Shown here: positions 1 through 14,889 of the stretch, piece after piece
How positions within the stretch are numbered: position 1 is the stretch's first letter
Layout: each line of letters opens with the position of its first letter
Made by a program: the position numbers and the translations under genes
Notes under the pieces: model-generated
The model's database searches: none
Seen by the model: only the letters and a program-made list of their open reading frames with translations
What the model was told of the DNA's origin: nothing
Source of the DNA: Octopus vulgaris
Lineage: Eukaryota
DNA: 64,000 bases
Direction of reading: 5' to 3'
Assembly: GCA_951406725.2 (NCBI GenBank)
Contig: OX597816.1
Span: forward strand, 43,338,001 to 43,402,000

Positions 1-356
1 ATGTATGCGTGTGTGCGCGTCTATGTGTATGCGCTTGAGTGTGTTGGCGGGAAGGGCGTGCGAGTGTGTAAAGAATACACTCCCAGTTCTAAATCAAAAC
101 AAAAGTTATTTGACATATCCAGACATTAACAAGAATAATAGACAAACACGCATATTTATGCGACCCATAAATATGAGTGTGTGTCTAAATGTATATACCC
201 CCATACATGCGCATACACAACATAACAAAACCAATTTAGGCAGATATACAGGCAAATTTACCCGAATGTCGGCACAAATACATAAGCAGTAACAAATCTA
301 TATATATGTATGGATATGTATATATACATATATGTATTATATATATATATATATAT

Positions 357-423
<67 letters not shown>

Positions 424-559
424 ATATGTACGTATATATATACAACTAGATATATACATATATATATATGTGTAGATACATTTATATATACATATATATA
501 TACATACACACATATATATATATACATATATATATACATATATACATGTATATATAGGG

Positions 560-948
560 GCAGGAGAGGCTGTGTGGTAAGTAGCTTGCTTACCAACCAC
601 ATGGTTCTGGGTTCAGTCCCACTGCGTGGCATCTTGGGGAAGTGTCTTCTGCTATAGCCTCGGGCCGACCAATGTCTTGTGAGTGGATTTGGCTGGCGGA
701 AACTGAACAAAGCCCGTCGTATATATGTATATATGTATGTGTGTGTGTTTGTGTCTGTGTTTGTCCCCCTAACATTTATTGACAACCGATGCTGGTGTGT
801 TTACGTCCCTGTAACTTAGCGATTCGGCAAAAGAAACCTATAGAATAAGTACTAGGCTTACAAAGAATAAGTCCCGGGGTCGATTTGCTCGACTAAAGGC
901 GGTGCTCCAGCATGGCCGCATTCAAATGACTGAACCAAGTAAAAGAAA
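560..948 (+). mobile_element. tRNA-derived SINE, family A (likely octopus OK-type)
   Basis: Head GCAGGAGAGGCTGTGTGGTAAG (A box) and GGTTCAGTCCC (B box), internal (TA/TG)n, tail ...GACTGAACCAAGTAAAAGA; more than 10 similar copies in the window. Confidence 0.9.
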
Positions 949-1018
949 GATATACATATGTCCACATGCATCTATACATAGAGGCTTATGAATATGCGTG
1001 TACATGCATATACATATA

Positions 1019-1067
<49 letters not shown>

Positions 1068-1211
1068 GCACACGCACTCTCACCCGTATATGTATATAAA
1101 TATGAATAAGTACATAAGTATATACATGTGTATATTTGAGGGAAATCAGACTGGTATCTCTAGCAGATGGAGTTATCATATAAAGACTTCTTGACAACAT
1201 TCAGAGAAGGG

Positions 1212-1257
<46 letters not shown>

Positions 1258-1744
1258 GAGAGAAGAACGAAAAAGAAAACGGTGAATGAACAAGAAGGGA
1301 GAAAATTACATTATTTGATTAGACAAGCTATAATTATGTAGATTTCTTTTTCTTATATTTTTATTGCATCTTTAATATTTCCTTGCATTTGGAGGGAAAA
1401 AAACAGATGTCTGAATTCAGTCAACCAAGATTAAATATTGTCAACAAATGCCAAAACTTATAGCAGCAAGAACCATAACAACATGAGGAACAGCAACAAC
1501 AATAATAATAGTGATAATCAACACCAGTAGCAGTTCTAAATATATATCTACTTATGTGCATGTATGTATGTATGGTTTTTTTTCTTCAGCTGCGTGAGTT
1601 GTAGAGTATTGCTGTCTGTGAGATATCTTATGGTAGTCGAATAGTAGTTTGACTGCTATTTCTAAATTTCGGTATGTGGTGAAGCAAATTTCGCAGTACC
1701 TTAATTATAATTATACACATAATTATAGAATATATATATATATT

Positions 1745-2155
1745 ACTCTTTTACTCTTTTACTTGTTTCAGTCATTTGACTGCAGCCATGCTGGAGCACT
1801 GCCTTTAGTCGAGCAAATCGACCCCGGGACTTATTCTTTGTAAGCCTAGTACTTATTCTAGTCGGTCTCTTTTGCCGAACCGCTAAGTGACGGGAACGTA
1901 AACACACCAGCATCGGTTGTCAAGCAATGCTAGGGGGACAAACACAGACACACAAACACACACACACATACATATATATATTTATATATACATATATATA
2001 TACGACAGGCTTCTTTCAGTTTCCGTCTACCAAATCCACTCACAAGGCATTGGTCGGCCCGGGGCTATAGCAGAAGACACTTGCCCAAGATGCCACGCAG
2101 TGGGACTGAACCCGGAACCATGTGGTTGGTTAGCAAGCTACTTACCACACAGCCA
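1745..2155 (-). mobile_element. SINE family A copy
   Basis: Reverse complement of the 560-948 element with (TAAAAGAG)n tail. Confidence 0.9.
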
Positions 2156-2229
2156 TATATATATATATATAAATAAAATATAATATAATGTAATCTACAT
2201 ACATACATATACATATATATATATATATT

Positions 2230-2930
2230 AAGATTAATGAAAAGAGAACAAATTTCAGGAGTCTGAATACATTTCGTCTGTAGATTTCTCAACATTGAAA
2301 TACTTCATAAAAATATACGTAAATATAAATATGTAGATACTGTATAAAATATAAGACATAAATGTACTTGTATGACATCGTACGAAATTGTATGTCCGTG
2401 TTTGGAATCAATGAGAAAATAATTATACATGCATGGTCAATATGGCATTAATCAATACAATCAAATGGATGAAAGGTTGGTTCAAAATGAATTTAAGAGG
2501 AATCCATAGACAAAACCAGTGAAAGTTCAATTTCTTTCTTCAGAAGAAAGAAATGTGGATAACTCAGATGGATTGAAATGGTTCACCGTTTCATACCACA
2601 TGTTCTTGAAACGGCCGTAAGAAGTTGAATTTTCATTGAATTTACCTATGGATACCTCTTTAAATCATTTAAAACCATACTTTCTTCCATTTGATAACTT
2701 GGATTAATACAATATTAACCGTGCATGTATAATAGTTTGTTCATTGATTCCAAACATGGACATACAATTTCATACGATATCATCCGAGTATATTTATGTT
2801 TTATATTTTCTGCTGTATCTACATTTGTATTTATATTTACGGATATTTTTATGAAGTATTCCCATGTTGAGAAATCTATTGAAGAAATGAATTCTGACTC
2901 CTGAAATTTGTTGGCTTTTTATTAATATTT
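2230..2930. mobile_element. Diverged ~700-bp palindromic element between (TA)n tracts, with degenerate hammerhead motifs
   Basis: Arms 2233-2535 and 2620-2926 are inverted copies (e.g. ACAAATTTCAGGAGTC / GACTCCTGAAATTTGT); centre reads CAGAAGA-AAGAAATGTGG...CCACATGTTCTT-GAAACGGCCGTA. Confidence 0.75.
2536..2624 (+). ncRNA. Degenerate type I hammerhead ribozyme
   Basis: TTCT(T)-CAGAAGA (one change from CUGAAGA), stem II AAGAAATGTGG/CCACATGTTCTT, GAAA-CGGCCG-TA (palindromic stem III), then AGAAG. Confidence 0.55.
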
Positions 2931-2974
2931 ATATTTTATGATGCTTTATTAATTGGATTGCTACATATACATGA

Positions 2975-3049
<75 letters not shown>

Positions 3050-3100
3050 GTATATGTATATATATACATATGTATATATGTGTGTATATATATATACATT

Positions 3101-3548
3101 TAAAATACAGTGTACATTTAAGCACATTAAGCGGTATCCATCGTAGGACTCCCTTACGCTAGAAGGAACAGCTAAAGTTCAAACCACTAATTAGGGATAA
3201 ACTCTCGAAGGGAATGAAAAATAAAAACATTTACCATCTATTTCCTGGACCATGGTTTCAGAATTTTTTTTAGGAAATATTTGCTAAAAAAAAGTTTGTA
3301 ACCATGGTCCAGGAAATAGATGGTAAATGTTTTTATTTTTCATTCCCTTCGAGATTTTATCCCTAATTGGTGGTTTGAACTTTAGCTGTTCCTTCTAGCG
3401 TAAGGGAGTTCTATGATGGATGCCTCTTAATGAGTTTAAATGTACACTGTATTTTATAGGAATTATATAGTCTACTGACTAATTTTTCGATACGCTAGAC
3501 CACTGGTAGTAAAAATTTCTAAAATCTTTATTACCCTGATATTATTAT
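3101..3548. mobile_element. Palindromic element between (TA)n tracts (arms 3101-3456, right-side extension to ~3548)
   Basis: TAAAATACAGTGTACATTTAA ... TTAAATGTACACTGTATTTTA, centre AAATATTT at ~3278; extension holds a hammerhead-like remnant GTCTA-CTGACTA...GATACGC-TAGAC (3470-3500). Confidence 0.8.
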
Positions 3549-3616
3549 GTATATATATATATATACATATATTTATGCAAACATATATATATACATATAG
3601 ACACAGATCTACTTAA

Positions 3617-3664
<48 letters not shown>

Positions 3665-3850
3665 TGTATTTGGTTTGCAAAATTCTTGAAGTGATTTTGA
3701 AAATTCGTGCGCTGAAATAACTTTGTTGTGACTTTGGTAGCACAATGCATCAATAATAGTAACACACACACACACAGGTTCAATTTCACTGCTGTACTGT
3801 TAGTCACTTGGTTAAACACCTAATCAGCTAACCAATCGATCGTTGGCTTA

Positions 3851-4082
3851 AGGCGAGCTGGCAGAATGGTTAGCACGCCGGACGAAATGCTTAGCGGTAT
3901 TTCGTCTGCCATTACGTTCTGAGTTCAAATTCCGCCGAGGTCGACTTTGCCTTTCATCCTTTCGGGGTCGATAAATTAAGTACCAGTTACGTACTGGGGT
4001 CGATATAATCGACTTAATTCGTTTGTCTGTCCTTGTTCGACCCCTCTGTGTTTAACCCCTTGTGGGTAGTAAAGAAATAGGT
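3851..4082 (+). mobile_element. tRNA-derived SINE, family B (central domain resembles the MetaSINE domain)
   Basis: GGCGAGCTGGCAGAATGGTTAGC head, GAGTTCAAATTCC B box, GCCTTTCATCCTTTCGGGGTCGATAAATTAAGTACC core; multiple copies in the window. Confidence 0.85.
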
Positions 4083-5352
4083 TTAAAAACATTCCTGCTG
4101 GTTAAAAACAATCAACCGGTTGCTTATTAATCAAAGTTCTTTTGTCGCTGTTCGCAACCTTTTCAGTTATTCAGTGACTTTCTCTCTTGAAGATCTGCTC
4201 TACGTCTATCTGTGAATTGGTCTTATGCCTTTGCATATGCATGCTTGTATGTGTGTGTAAATGTATGTGTGTGTGTGTTGATACGTGTTTACTTAGAAGA
4301 AGAGGTAAAGGTGAAAGTAAACCAAAGATTTGAGGGAAGGAGCAAGAGAGAGAACTCTTCTAAGCAGCGGGAAGCAACGGCCAAATTTCTCTCGAAGCAT
4401 ATCCTACTATTAGGTAATAGTTTCTATTTTAGGCACAAGACCAGCAGTGTTAAGGCTAGGCATCCGTCAGTACCATCGACCTCATTTCATGACTGGTACT
4501 TTGTTTTACGGACCCGAGTAGGATGAAAGGCGAAGTTGACACCGGCAGGATTTTAACTCTCGACTTAGAATAAATAATCTCGGGCATATTTCCGTACACT
4601 TTAACGTTTCTGCCAGCTTGTCACTCATCAGAGTTAGTAATCTTGGCCAAAAGTTTGGAACATAGTTCTGAAAATTAGAATCTTTATATTAAATCTTCCA
4701 AACTTTTAGCCACGACAGTAGATAATGTAAATTAAGTTTACTCTAAATGGAAAGTCAATTTCACGACAGGGAGGCTGTTACATTATAAGGTGTAGTCGAG
4801 TAAGGGTGACTCAGAGATTAAACAACGACAAAGACAATAATCGCAAGTAGACAAGAGTGTTTTTACATGGTCATTAGACTTGCTAGAAACTACAGCCGAA
4901 CCTCTCTGAAATTGCATCTACTTGCATGAAAGAGCAATTTCGTTACACCTACATAATTCCGGAAATGTCTTGAGGGTGAGGAAACAGTTGTTTATATCGA
5001 CCTCAAAACACTACCTTTACAATTATTTATCGTCCACCAATTTGTATCTAAACAATACTAGAATCAGGAATACTGTTACATAATATGTTACACATTATAC
5101 CAAACACAGCATCATGGTTTCATATCCAACAGGAGAAGAAACTTGTACTCCCAGGACTACATGTTCATCTATGTCTATGCTTCCTTCAAGGGATTAGAAA
5201 AAGAACAAGCTATCTAACAGATTCTACTTCCGTGTATATTGCTTTAAAGAAAAGATGATAGATGCAACAACAGAAATTGGAATGCCAAGTTTTTCTCAGT
5301 AAATTGCTCATGTGAGTGTAAAGCTTCAAAAGACAACTATAAGGATGGAAAT

Positions 5353-5757
5353 CAGGAGTGGCTGTGTGGTAAGTAGCTTGCTAACCAACTACATGGTTCT
5401 GGGTTCAGTCCCACTGCGTGGCATTTGAGCAAGTGTCTTCTGCTACAGCCCCGGGCCGACCAATGCCTTGTGAGTGGATTTGGTAGACGGAAACTGAAAG
5501 AAGCCTGTCGTATATATGTATATATATATGTGTGTATGTGTTTGTGTATCTGTGTTTGTCCCCCTAGCATTGCTTGACAACCGATGCTGGTGTGTTTACG
5601 TCCCCGTCACTTAGCGGTTCGGCAAAAGAGACCGATAGAATAAGTACTGGGCTTACAAAGAATAAGTCCCGGGGTCGATTTGTTCGACTAAAGGCGGTTC
5701 TCCAGGATGGCCGCAGTCATATGACTGAAACAAGTAAAAGAGTAAAGAGTAAAGAGT
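5353..5757 (+). mobile_element. SINE family A copy
   Basis: Full-length match to 560-948 with (GTAAAGA)n tail. Confidence 0.9.
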
Positions 5758-6145
5758 ATTTGAATCCAAATTACGAAAACTGCATATAACGTATAACGCT
5801 GAAATATAAATCTCACTGAATAGCAGCTGATATATTCTTAAGGAAAGAACTCAGCTCAGAAGTACACTATGAATGCAATAAACTACCGAATAATATGCTT
5901 ACCCTGAGTAAGTCATGATATATAAAATTTCACCAGCTGAAAATTAATCAGACTCGAAATAGAAAGACTGCGACACATATTAATTCGATTTTTTAAATGC
6001 TATTTCATCAGATATCTCAAAACGTGGTTCAAGAAGTAAATGCAGAATAAATGGTTATCTGCATATTTGCTGCCATCCTGAGACGGAGACAAACATCAAT
6101 ATAACTGGCATATACATAGATACATATATACATACATACATACGA

Positions 6146-6199
<54 letters not shown>

Positions 6200-6213
6200 T
6201 CTGATATTTCAAT

Positions 6214-6276
6214 CACCTGAAGATTGACTGTAACTCGAATTATTACAAATTGGACAGCCATGAAACGATCATAGTG
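6214..6276 (+). ncRNA. Type I hammerhead ribozyme motif (slightly decayed) in a ~230-bp element ending in (TA)n
   Basis: CAC-CTGAAGA-TTGACTGT...ACAGCCAT-GAAA-CGATCA-TA-GTG; stem III differs by one transition from the ACGATCGT palindrome at 54457. Confidence 0.65.
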
Positions 6277-6455
6277 TTATACTCATTATCTTTTTTTAAT
6301 AATTTTGATATATTTAAAATAATATAAATTAATTAATCTTATGTATTGGCTTAAGTTTTTCATTGTATGATTTGCCTAATAGTGGTTTTATCCCTAATTT
6401 AATATAATATATATATTATATTAAATTAGAGATTTAATATAATATATTAAATTTA

Positions 6456-6547
<92 letters not shown>

Positions 6548-6912
6548 CATGATGGCCGTACACTCATGATCGAGGAAAAGCCCTTACTGATTTTTAGGAA
6601 CATTGTGCGTTCAAGACCACCTTATACTTAACACTTGCGACTCCATTGGTGAATAACGGGCCCTGCTCTTGACAATATACACGAGAGCAAACATTGTAGA
6701 CCAAGCTTTCCCCTATTCATTAGACTAGCAATACGTTTTCGAGCAACGCGCTTAAATTATTCAGGAAGAACACGTGTTCTTTCAAAGGTATCGACTCCCT
6801 TCTTTGCCTGTTTCCTCCATCCGTGGCGATGACAAGCATCGCTATCCCAGTCAGCCGCCCGCATTTCACAGGCCTTTAATGAAGACTCGACACAGTCCTT
6901 AAATCATGCATA

Positions 6913-7306
6913 TCTTTATATATAAAAGTGAAGTTGTGTGTCTGTCTCCTACAATTTAGATTCCTAACTACTCCCACATTTTGCGGTGCAGTGTAACCAA
7001 AAGCGGGTATCTTATAGTCGTGATTCATGTCGAGCCCTTCTGGGTATTAGCGCTCGTCTACGATGAGTCTACGATTTAAAAAAAAATTACCATCAATTTT
7101 TCACATTTTTAATGCATTTTCGCTCGGTTTATATAAGGGAAGTAACTCTCTAAAAATGTATTATTAAATCTCTGAACGTAAAAAGCTACAGTAAAACCCC
7201 CTTTGTGGTAAGCCATATTGAGATGGCTATTATACTTTACATTTCTAAAAATGCTTGTATAGTTATTTCCCTTACAAACCCGAGCAACGCCGGGCGATAC
7301 TGCTAG
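6913..7306 (+). mobile_element. Non-autonomous Helitron
   Basis: A|TC 5' end (TCTTTATATATAAAAG), subterminal hairpin CCCGAGCAACGCCGGG, CTAG|T 3' end, no TSD. Confidence 0.85.
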
Positions 7307-7399
7307 TATACATATATAACATGATATATATACATTTTTAAAATGTTCCTATATATCAGTACGCGAACAATATATCCGCGTGATTTTGACTCAGAGAAC

Positions 7400-7755
7400 A
7401 AATTTCTCCCAATAGACTTCGTGTGTAAAACACAGCAAACTTTAAGCAATGTCAGCGGACTTCTAGAGCCGACGTTTCGGTATGATTCCGTCTTCTCCGT
7501 GAGACATGCTATTTCACTGTTTACCTTCTTATGTAGATAACAATAAAATAAAGCATTTACTGATGTGTGTAGTGAAGCTTGGCGAGCTGAAATTAATTCA
7601 GTATAGGTGCACTAAGCAGCAATGCTCAACATCATGGTGTGGACACAATTTTATAGTATGTTCTTGAGTTTTTTGTTGTTTTTTTGAGCACGTTCCTGTG
7701 CAACAGAACTTGGAAGCTGATGTGTTTTTACACACTAAGTCTATGAGAAGAGTTT
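7400..7755. mobile_element. Old inverted-repeat element with a degenerate minus-strand hammerhead (7468-7499)
   Basis: ATAGACTTCGTGTGTAAAACAC (7412) is inverted relative to GTGTTTTTACACACTAAGTCTAT (7722); minus strand reads AGAAGA-CGG-AATCATA-CC-GAAACGTC-GG. Confidence 0.5.
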
Positions 7756-8210
7756 CGATCAGTGAGGCAAAATAGGGAGTACCATTCACTTGCTACTGTT
7801 GAAAATAAATGTACACGTCATTATCTTAACTCCCACTGTTCTGAGCGCCTATGCTAAACAAATGTCTGTATGTATGGATTGATAGAGGCATGGATGTATA
7901 CAGACACAAATATACACACACACACAATAACACAAACACACACACACATACACAATCATACATTCGTTCAGATTCAGGAATAAGGTTTTTGTGCATTTTC
8001 CTTTTGATTCGATGAATCAGTTCATATTTTATGCCTTTGTAACGCAAAAATTTGTTTAACCAAATGTATGTGTGTGTTTCTTTCCTTATTGTTGTATATA
8101 ATTCATTTCCTATTTTTTTAATGTTTTATTTTTCTTGCCATAGCCTGTAGCTAACGTAGCGTTCTCATTTGCGGAAACTCATGAGTAGTGGGTTTTATGG
8201 CTTCAACCTG

Positions 8211-8890
<680 letters not shown>

Positions 8891-9299
8891 CAGACATATA
8901 CTTTTACAAGTACATATATGAATACATATACATTGAGATACGGTAATTATACAGATAAGTCTCGATTATACAAATAGCTGTGTTTGTGTGGATACGTGTA
9001 TGGACTTATAAAGTGTATGCGTGTATGTGTGAATGTGTGTACGTGCATGCATATACATTTATATATTCACACAAATGTAAATGAATTTCTTTACATACAT
9101 AGTCATAGAGACGCATAAACACACACACACACACACACGAATAAACAGATATACACTACCACACATTCACATTTGCACGTTCGTGAAGACGTAATCATGC
9201 ATACACATATACGTGTACAGCTCTGCATACACACACACACACGTACACACGTACACACACACACACATACATACATACATACATACATACATACATACA

Positions 9300-9362
<63 letters not shown>

Positions 9363-9491
9363 GTATATACATATGTACATATATGCATATAGATATATAC
9401 ATGCATATATACATATATATATATATACATAACGGGAGAGAGAGAGAGGGAGATATACATACATATTGACATGTATCTATATAGATGTATG

Positions 9492-9539
<48 letters not shown>

Positions 9540-9779
9540 CATGTATGCATGTAGGCATGGATGTATGAATTTATGTGTGCATGTATGTATATACGTACAG
9601 GCAAGCGCGAAAATACACGCTAACAGACACGTATCCGTTGGTGAATAGATAGCTGATACGAAGAGACAAGATGGAGATTGTGAAGTGGAGCGAGAAAAAA
9701 ATTGTAGGGAGAGTTTGGGGAGAATAAAGTATATGCGTTGGTGTCTGTGGGGAAAGCGAAAGCAGGAAAACATAAGGAA

Positions 9780-11290
9780 AGTGAGTGAGTGAGTGAGTGA
9801 ATGAGTGACAGAAAGAGAGAGACTGTGTGAGTGAGTCTTTCATTGAGTGAGTGAGTGAGTGAGTGAGCGAGTAATGAATGAATGGATGAATGAGTGAATG
9901 CGTGACAGAAAGAGAGAGACTGTGTGAGTGAGTGTTTCATTGAGTGAGTGAATGAGTGAGTGAGTGAGTGAGTGAGTGAGTGAGCGAGTAATGAATGAAT
10001 GGATGAATGAGTGAGACTGTGTGAGTGAATGTTTCATTGAGTGAGTGAGTGAGTGAGTGAGCGAGTTGTGAATGAATAGATGAATGAGTGAATGAGTGAC
10101 AGAAAGAGAGAGACTGTGTGAGTGAGTGTTTCATTGAGTGAGTGAGTGAGTGAATGAGTGAATAGTGAATGAATGGATGAATGAGTGACAAAAAGAGAGA
10201 GACTGTGTGAGTGAGTGTTTCATTTAGTGAGTGAGTGAATGAGCGAGTAGTGAATGAATGGATGAATGAGTGAATGAGTGACAGAAAGTGAGAGACTGTG
10301 TGAGTAAGTGTTTCATTGAGTGAGGGAATGGGTAAGTGAGTGAATGAGTGAGAGAGTGAGTGAGTGAATGAGCGAGTAGTGAATGAATGGATGAATGGGT
10401 GAATGAGTGACTGAAAGAGAGAAACCGTGTTTCATTGAGTGAATGAATGTGTAAGTGAGTGAGTGAGTGAGTGAATGAGCGAGTAGTAAATGAATGGATG
10501 AATGAGTGAATGCATGACAGAAAGAGAGAGACTGTGTGAGTGAGTGTTTCATTGATTGATTGAGTGAGTGAGTGAGTGAGTGAGTGAGTGAGTGAGTGAG
10601 TGAGTGAGTGAGTGTTCATGAACAAGTGAGTGTTCAGGAACAAGTGAGTAGATGAATGAATGAATGAATGAATGAGAGATGGAGAGACTGCGTTAAGCGT
10701 GTGGTGAATGCATGAATGAATGTGAGAGTGAATGAATGAGGGCCGAAGAGACTGAGGGAGGGATGGCGGGTGGGAGGAAGGGATGGATGGATAGATGGAT
10801 GGAGTGAGGGAAGGAGTGAATAAGTGACTGTGTGAGTGAATGAGTGAGTGATGGAGGATAGAGACTGAGTGATTGAGTGTGTAAATGAATGAATGAGTGG
10901 GTAAGTGAGTGAGGGAGGGAGATAGAAACTGAGTGAGTGAGTGAGTGAGAGAATAAGGGAGTGAGTGAATAAGGGAGTGAGTGAGCGAGCGAGTGAGTGA
11001 ATGAGTGAGTGAGCGAGCGAGCGAGTGTTGAATGAATGCATGTGAGTGAGTAAATGAATGAATGAGAGAGGGTGAGTCTGTAAGCGTGTGGTGAATGAAT
11101 GAGTGAATTAGGGAGGAAGAGATAAAGAGTGAATGAGTGAATGAGTGAGTGAGTAAGTGGGTTAGTGAGTCAGTGAGTGAGTGAATGATGTGTGAATGAA
11201 CGAATGAATGAATGAATGAATAAGTGAGTGAGGAGAGATATAGAAACTGAGTGAGTGATTGAATGAGTGAGTGAGTGGGTGAGTGAGTGA
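9780..11290. repeat. TGAG/TGAA-derived minisatellite; higher-order ~80-110-bp unit in 9780-10610
   Basis: Recurring GACAGAAAGAGAGAGACTGTGTGAGTGAGTGTTTCATTGAG anchor, about 8 copies. Confidence 0.9.
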
Positions 11291-11744
11291 GTTATATGAA
11301 AACGCAAGTCTTTCAAGATGGAAACGGGATTTTGAAATACAAAACAATGAAATGTAAACAAGATGGAAAAAAAAAGAAGAAAGAAAAAAAATACACAGAT
11401 TACGAAGAATTATTGAAAGGAGAAAAACTCTGAAGATTTAATTAGACGAACAGACTATAATTGTGTTTTTTTTTTTTGTAGTTTTAGTTTGTCTTGTAAT
11501 GTTTTGCTTCTATTTTATTTCTTTTCTTCTCCCATCATCTATTTGGCGGAAAAAACAGATGTCTGGATTCAGTCAACCGTGAATAAACATTGTCAACAAA
11601 TGCCAAACTTATAACAGCCAGAAACACGGCAGCAACAGCAGCAACAGCGGCAATAGCAGTAGCAGCAGCAGCAGAAGCAGAAGCATTGACAGCAACTTCA
11701 AAAATAACAACAACAACAATAACGATAATAATGATATTTATAAT

Positions 11745-12030
<286 letters not shown>

Positions 12031-12410
12031 ACAACAAAAATAACAAATAATAGCTAAACTGACACTAGGAAAACAGCTGTAGCAGTAGAATAATAACAAT
12101 GACTTTAACAACATCAGTGGCAGAAGCTGTACTAGAAACATGAGCACTAAAAACAGAGGGAACAACGACCGCGAAAAGCCACATGAATACTACCACAACC
12201 AGAAAACTGAAGGTGAATACGTGACCTTGCTGAAAAAGCAGCAAAATGCATCATATCACATCCTGCTGTGTAGGTAAAGAGGTCATACTTTCGGTAATAA
12301 GACTACCTTTGTCGGTAATAAAAAAAATTTTTTAACAACTTCACTGACCAATCGCTACACCAACGTCTGTTCTGTTATTCCAGATAACGCTGGCGACGAG
12401 ATGAATTGCT

Positions 12411-12500
<90 letters not shown>

Positions 12501-13103
12501 TCTAGCAGTCGAGTGTACGTCATTGACAAGACCAAGGAAGGTCGAAATTACGTGATCTAATGGGCTTGATCATGTAATCTCGTAGTCTCGGCGCTGGAAA
12601 TGTTGGAGGTTTATTTCCCCACTAGCGATATAAGCAAGAGTGTCTTTTGCACTGAAATTCAGTATGAGAGTTTCTCTCGTAGTAACTACTGCAGTATAGT
12701 TTGTCCTAATAGAACATCAACGTTTAAGTAGGGATAACTATACTGTCTAATGTACTTCCTGATGCAGTATTTTTGAAAACAGGACGGGGGGTATTCTTTT
12801 CATTGTAGATCTGCTCGATGGAGGTAGATATGGGGCTAAACAGCAAAACGAACTAACAACGATATTCATAGTATAAACCGCATCATGTATTGCACAGGTG
12901 TGGCTGTGTGGTAAGAAGCTTGCTTCCCAACCACTTGGTTCAAGGTTCAGTTTCCCTGCGTAACACCTTGAACAAGTGTGTTCTTCTGCTATAGCCTGGG
13001 GCCAACCAAAGCTTCGCAAATAGATTATGTTGACAGAAACTGAAAAAAGTCCGTCACATATGTGTATATGTGTGTGTTTTTTTTGGTGTGGTAACACATC
13101 ACT

Positions 13104-13489
13104 GGAGGCGCAATGGCCCAGTGGTTAGGGCAGCGGACTAGCGGTCATAGGATCGCGGTTTCGATTCCCTGACCGGGCGTTGTGAGTGTTTATTGAGCGA
13201 AAACACCTAAAGCTCCACGAGGCTCCGGCAGGGGATGGTGGTGATCCCTGCTGTACTCTTTCACCACAACTTTCTCTCACTCTTACTTCCTGTTTCTGTT
13301 GTACCTGTATTTCAAAGGACCGGCCTTGTCACTCTCTGTGTCACGCTGAATATCCCCGAGAACTACGTTAAGGGTACACGTGTCTGTGGAGTGCTCAGCC
13401 ACTTACTTACACGTTAATTTCACGAGCAGGCTGTTCCGTTGATTCGGATCAACCGGAACCCTCATCGTCGTAACCGACGGAGTGCTTCC
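13104..13489 (+). mobile_element. tRNA-derived SINE, family C (likely OR1-type) with 11-bp TSD
   Basis: Head GGAGGCGCAATGGCCCAGTGGTTAGGGC...GGTTTCGATTCCC; TSD AACACATCACT at 13093-13103 and 13490-13500; follows a decayed family A head (12893-13090). Confidence 0.9.
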
Positions 13490-13642
13490 AACACATCACT
13501 AAATATCAACAACAATAACAGCATCACCGCCACACTGTTCTAGTCCTATGTTGTCCGAGAGAAAGTTGTTGCTGTTCAAGACTGGTCTATCTTTCATCAT
13601 AGGTAGTCTGACGAGGGTTAAGCTAGGACAAAACAACAATAA

Positions 13643-14389
13643 ATCCTTTCTGTAATAGGCACAAGGCCAGAGTATTTGTGGTGGTGGGGCTGGATAGTTA
13701 ATTACATCAATCCCAGTGCGCAACTGGTACTTACTTCATCAACTCCGAGCGGATTAAAGTCGACCTCGGCGGAATGCAGGACACAAAAATTCGAAATATC
13801 AATAACGCTTCTTTTCTACTATAGGCACAAGGCCCGAAATTTTGTGGGAGGAGGCCAGTTGAGTAGATCGACTACAGTACGCAACTGGTACTTAATTTAT
13901 CGACCTCGAAAGGACGAAAGGCAAAGTCGACCTCGGCGGAATTTGAACTCACAACGTAACGGCAGACGAAATACCTATTTCTTTACTGCCCACAAGGGGC
14001 TAAACACAGAGAGGACAAACGAGGACACACAAACGGATTAAGTCGATTATATCGACTCCAGTGCGTAACTGGTATTTATTTAATCGACCCCAAAAGTACG
14101 AAAGGCAAAGTCGACCTCGGCGGAATTTGAACTCACAACGTAACGGCAGACGAAATACCTATTTCTTTATTACCCACAAGGAGCTAAACATAGAGGGGAC
14201 AAACATGGACAGACATAGGTATTAAGTCGATTATATCGACCCCAGTGCTTAACTGGTACTTAATTTATCGACCCCGAAAGGATGAAAGGCAAAGTCGACC
14301 TCGGCGGAATTTGAACTCACAACGTAACGGCAGCCGAAATACCGCTAAGCATTTCGCCCAACGTGCTAACGATTCTGCTAGCTCGCCGC
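13643..14389 (-). mobile_element. Head-to-tail array of SINE family B (one head plus 5'-truncated ~180-bp units)
   Basis: Repeating AAAGTCGACCTCGGCGGAATTTGAACTCAC...GAAATACC|TATTTCTTTA junctions at ~13975 and ~14158. Confidence 0.85.
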
Positions 14390-14889
14390 TAAGCATTCAG
14401 TAAGGTGTGATACAGTTACTGACAGGTAGGTGATAGAATTAATGTTTCACGATTGAACAACCACAAGCTGGCTTCCAGGAACTTTTGACGGGCTCTTTAC
14501 AACTAGACTTGGCCTCCGACATTAGTGCATAAGATCTTTATTCATTCTTCTAACCTGCCTTCGTTCATATGGATTATTAATTAAGAGAGAAGGAAACGAT
14601 GGTGAAGTGTCGATGTCTTAGGAACCAACGGTAAGCCTACGTGGGAGATAGAGCTGTTTGAAATAACTACTAACACAAGTCTTTCCCTAACTGTTTGATA
14701 AATAAACAAATATAATAGTCAATGGTTTCAATAAACAAGAAATGCACGAACCAACGATGGGGAATCTCAGTAGTTTCTTCACTTATAGGTATGTGCCCCG
14801 AACATTTTTTTTTTTCAAATATAACCTTACCACCTTAAAAAGGAATAAATATATTCAATGCTATTTCGTTTTTGGATTTGGCTTGCAAG

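Noticed and set aside
13104-13175. tRNA gene-like sequence
   Set aside because: It is the head of a SINE with body, tail and TSD; repeated at 30396, 34495 and 52091
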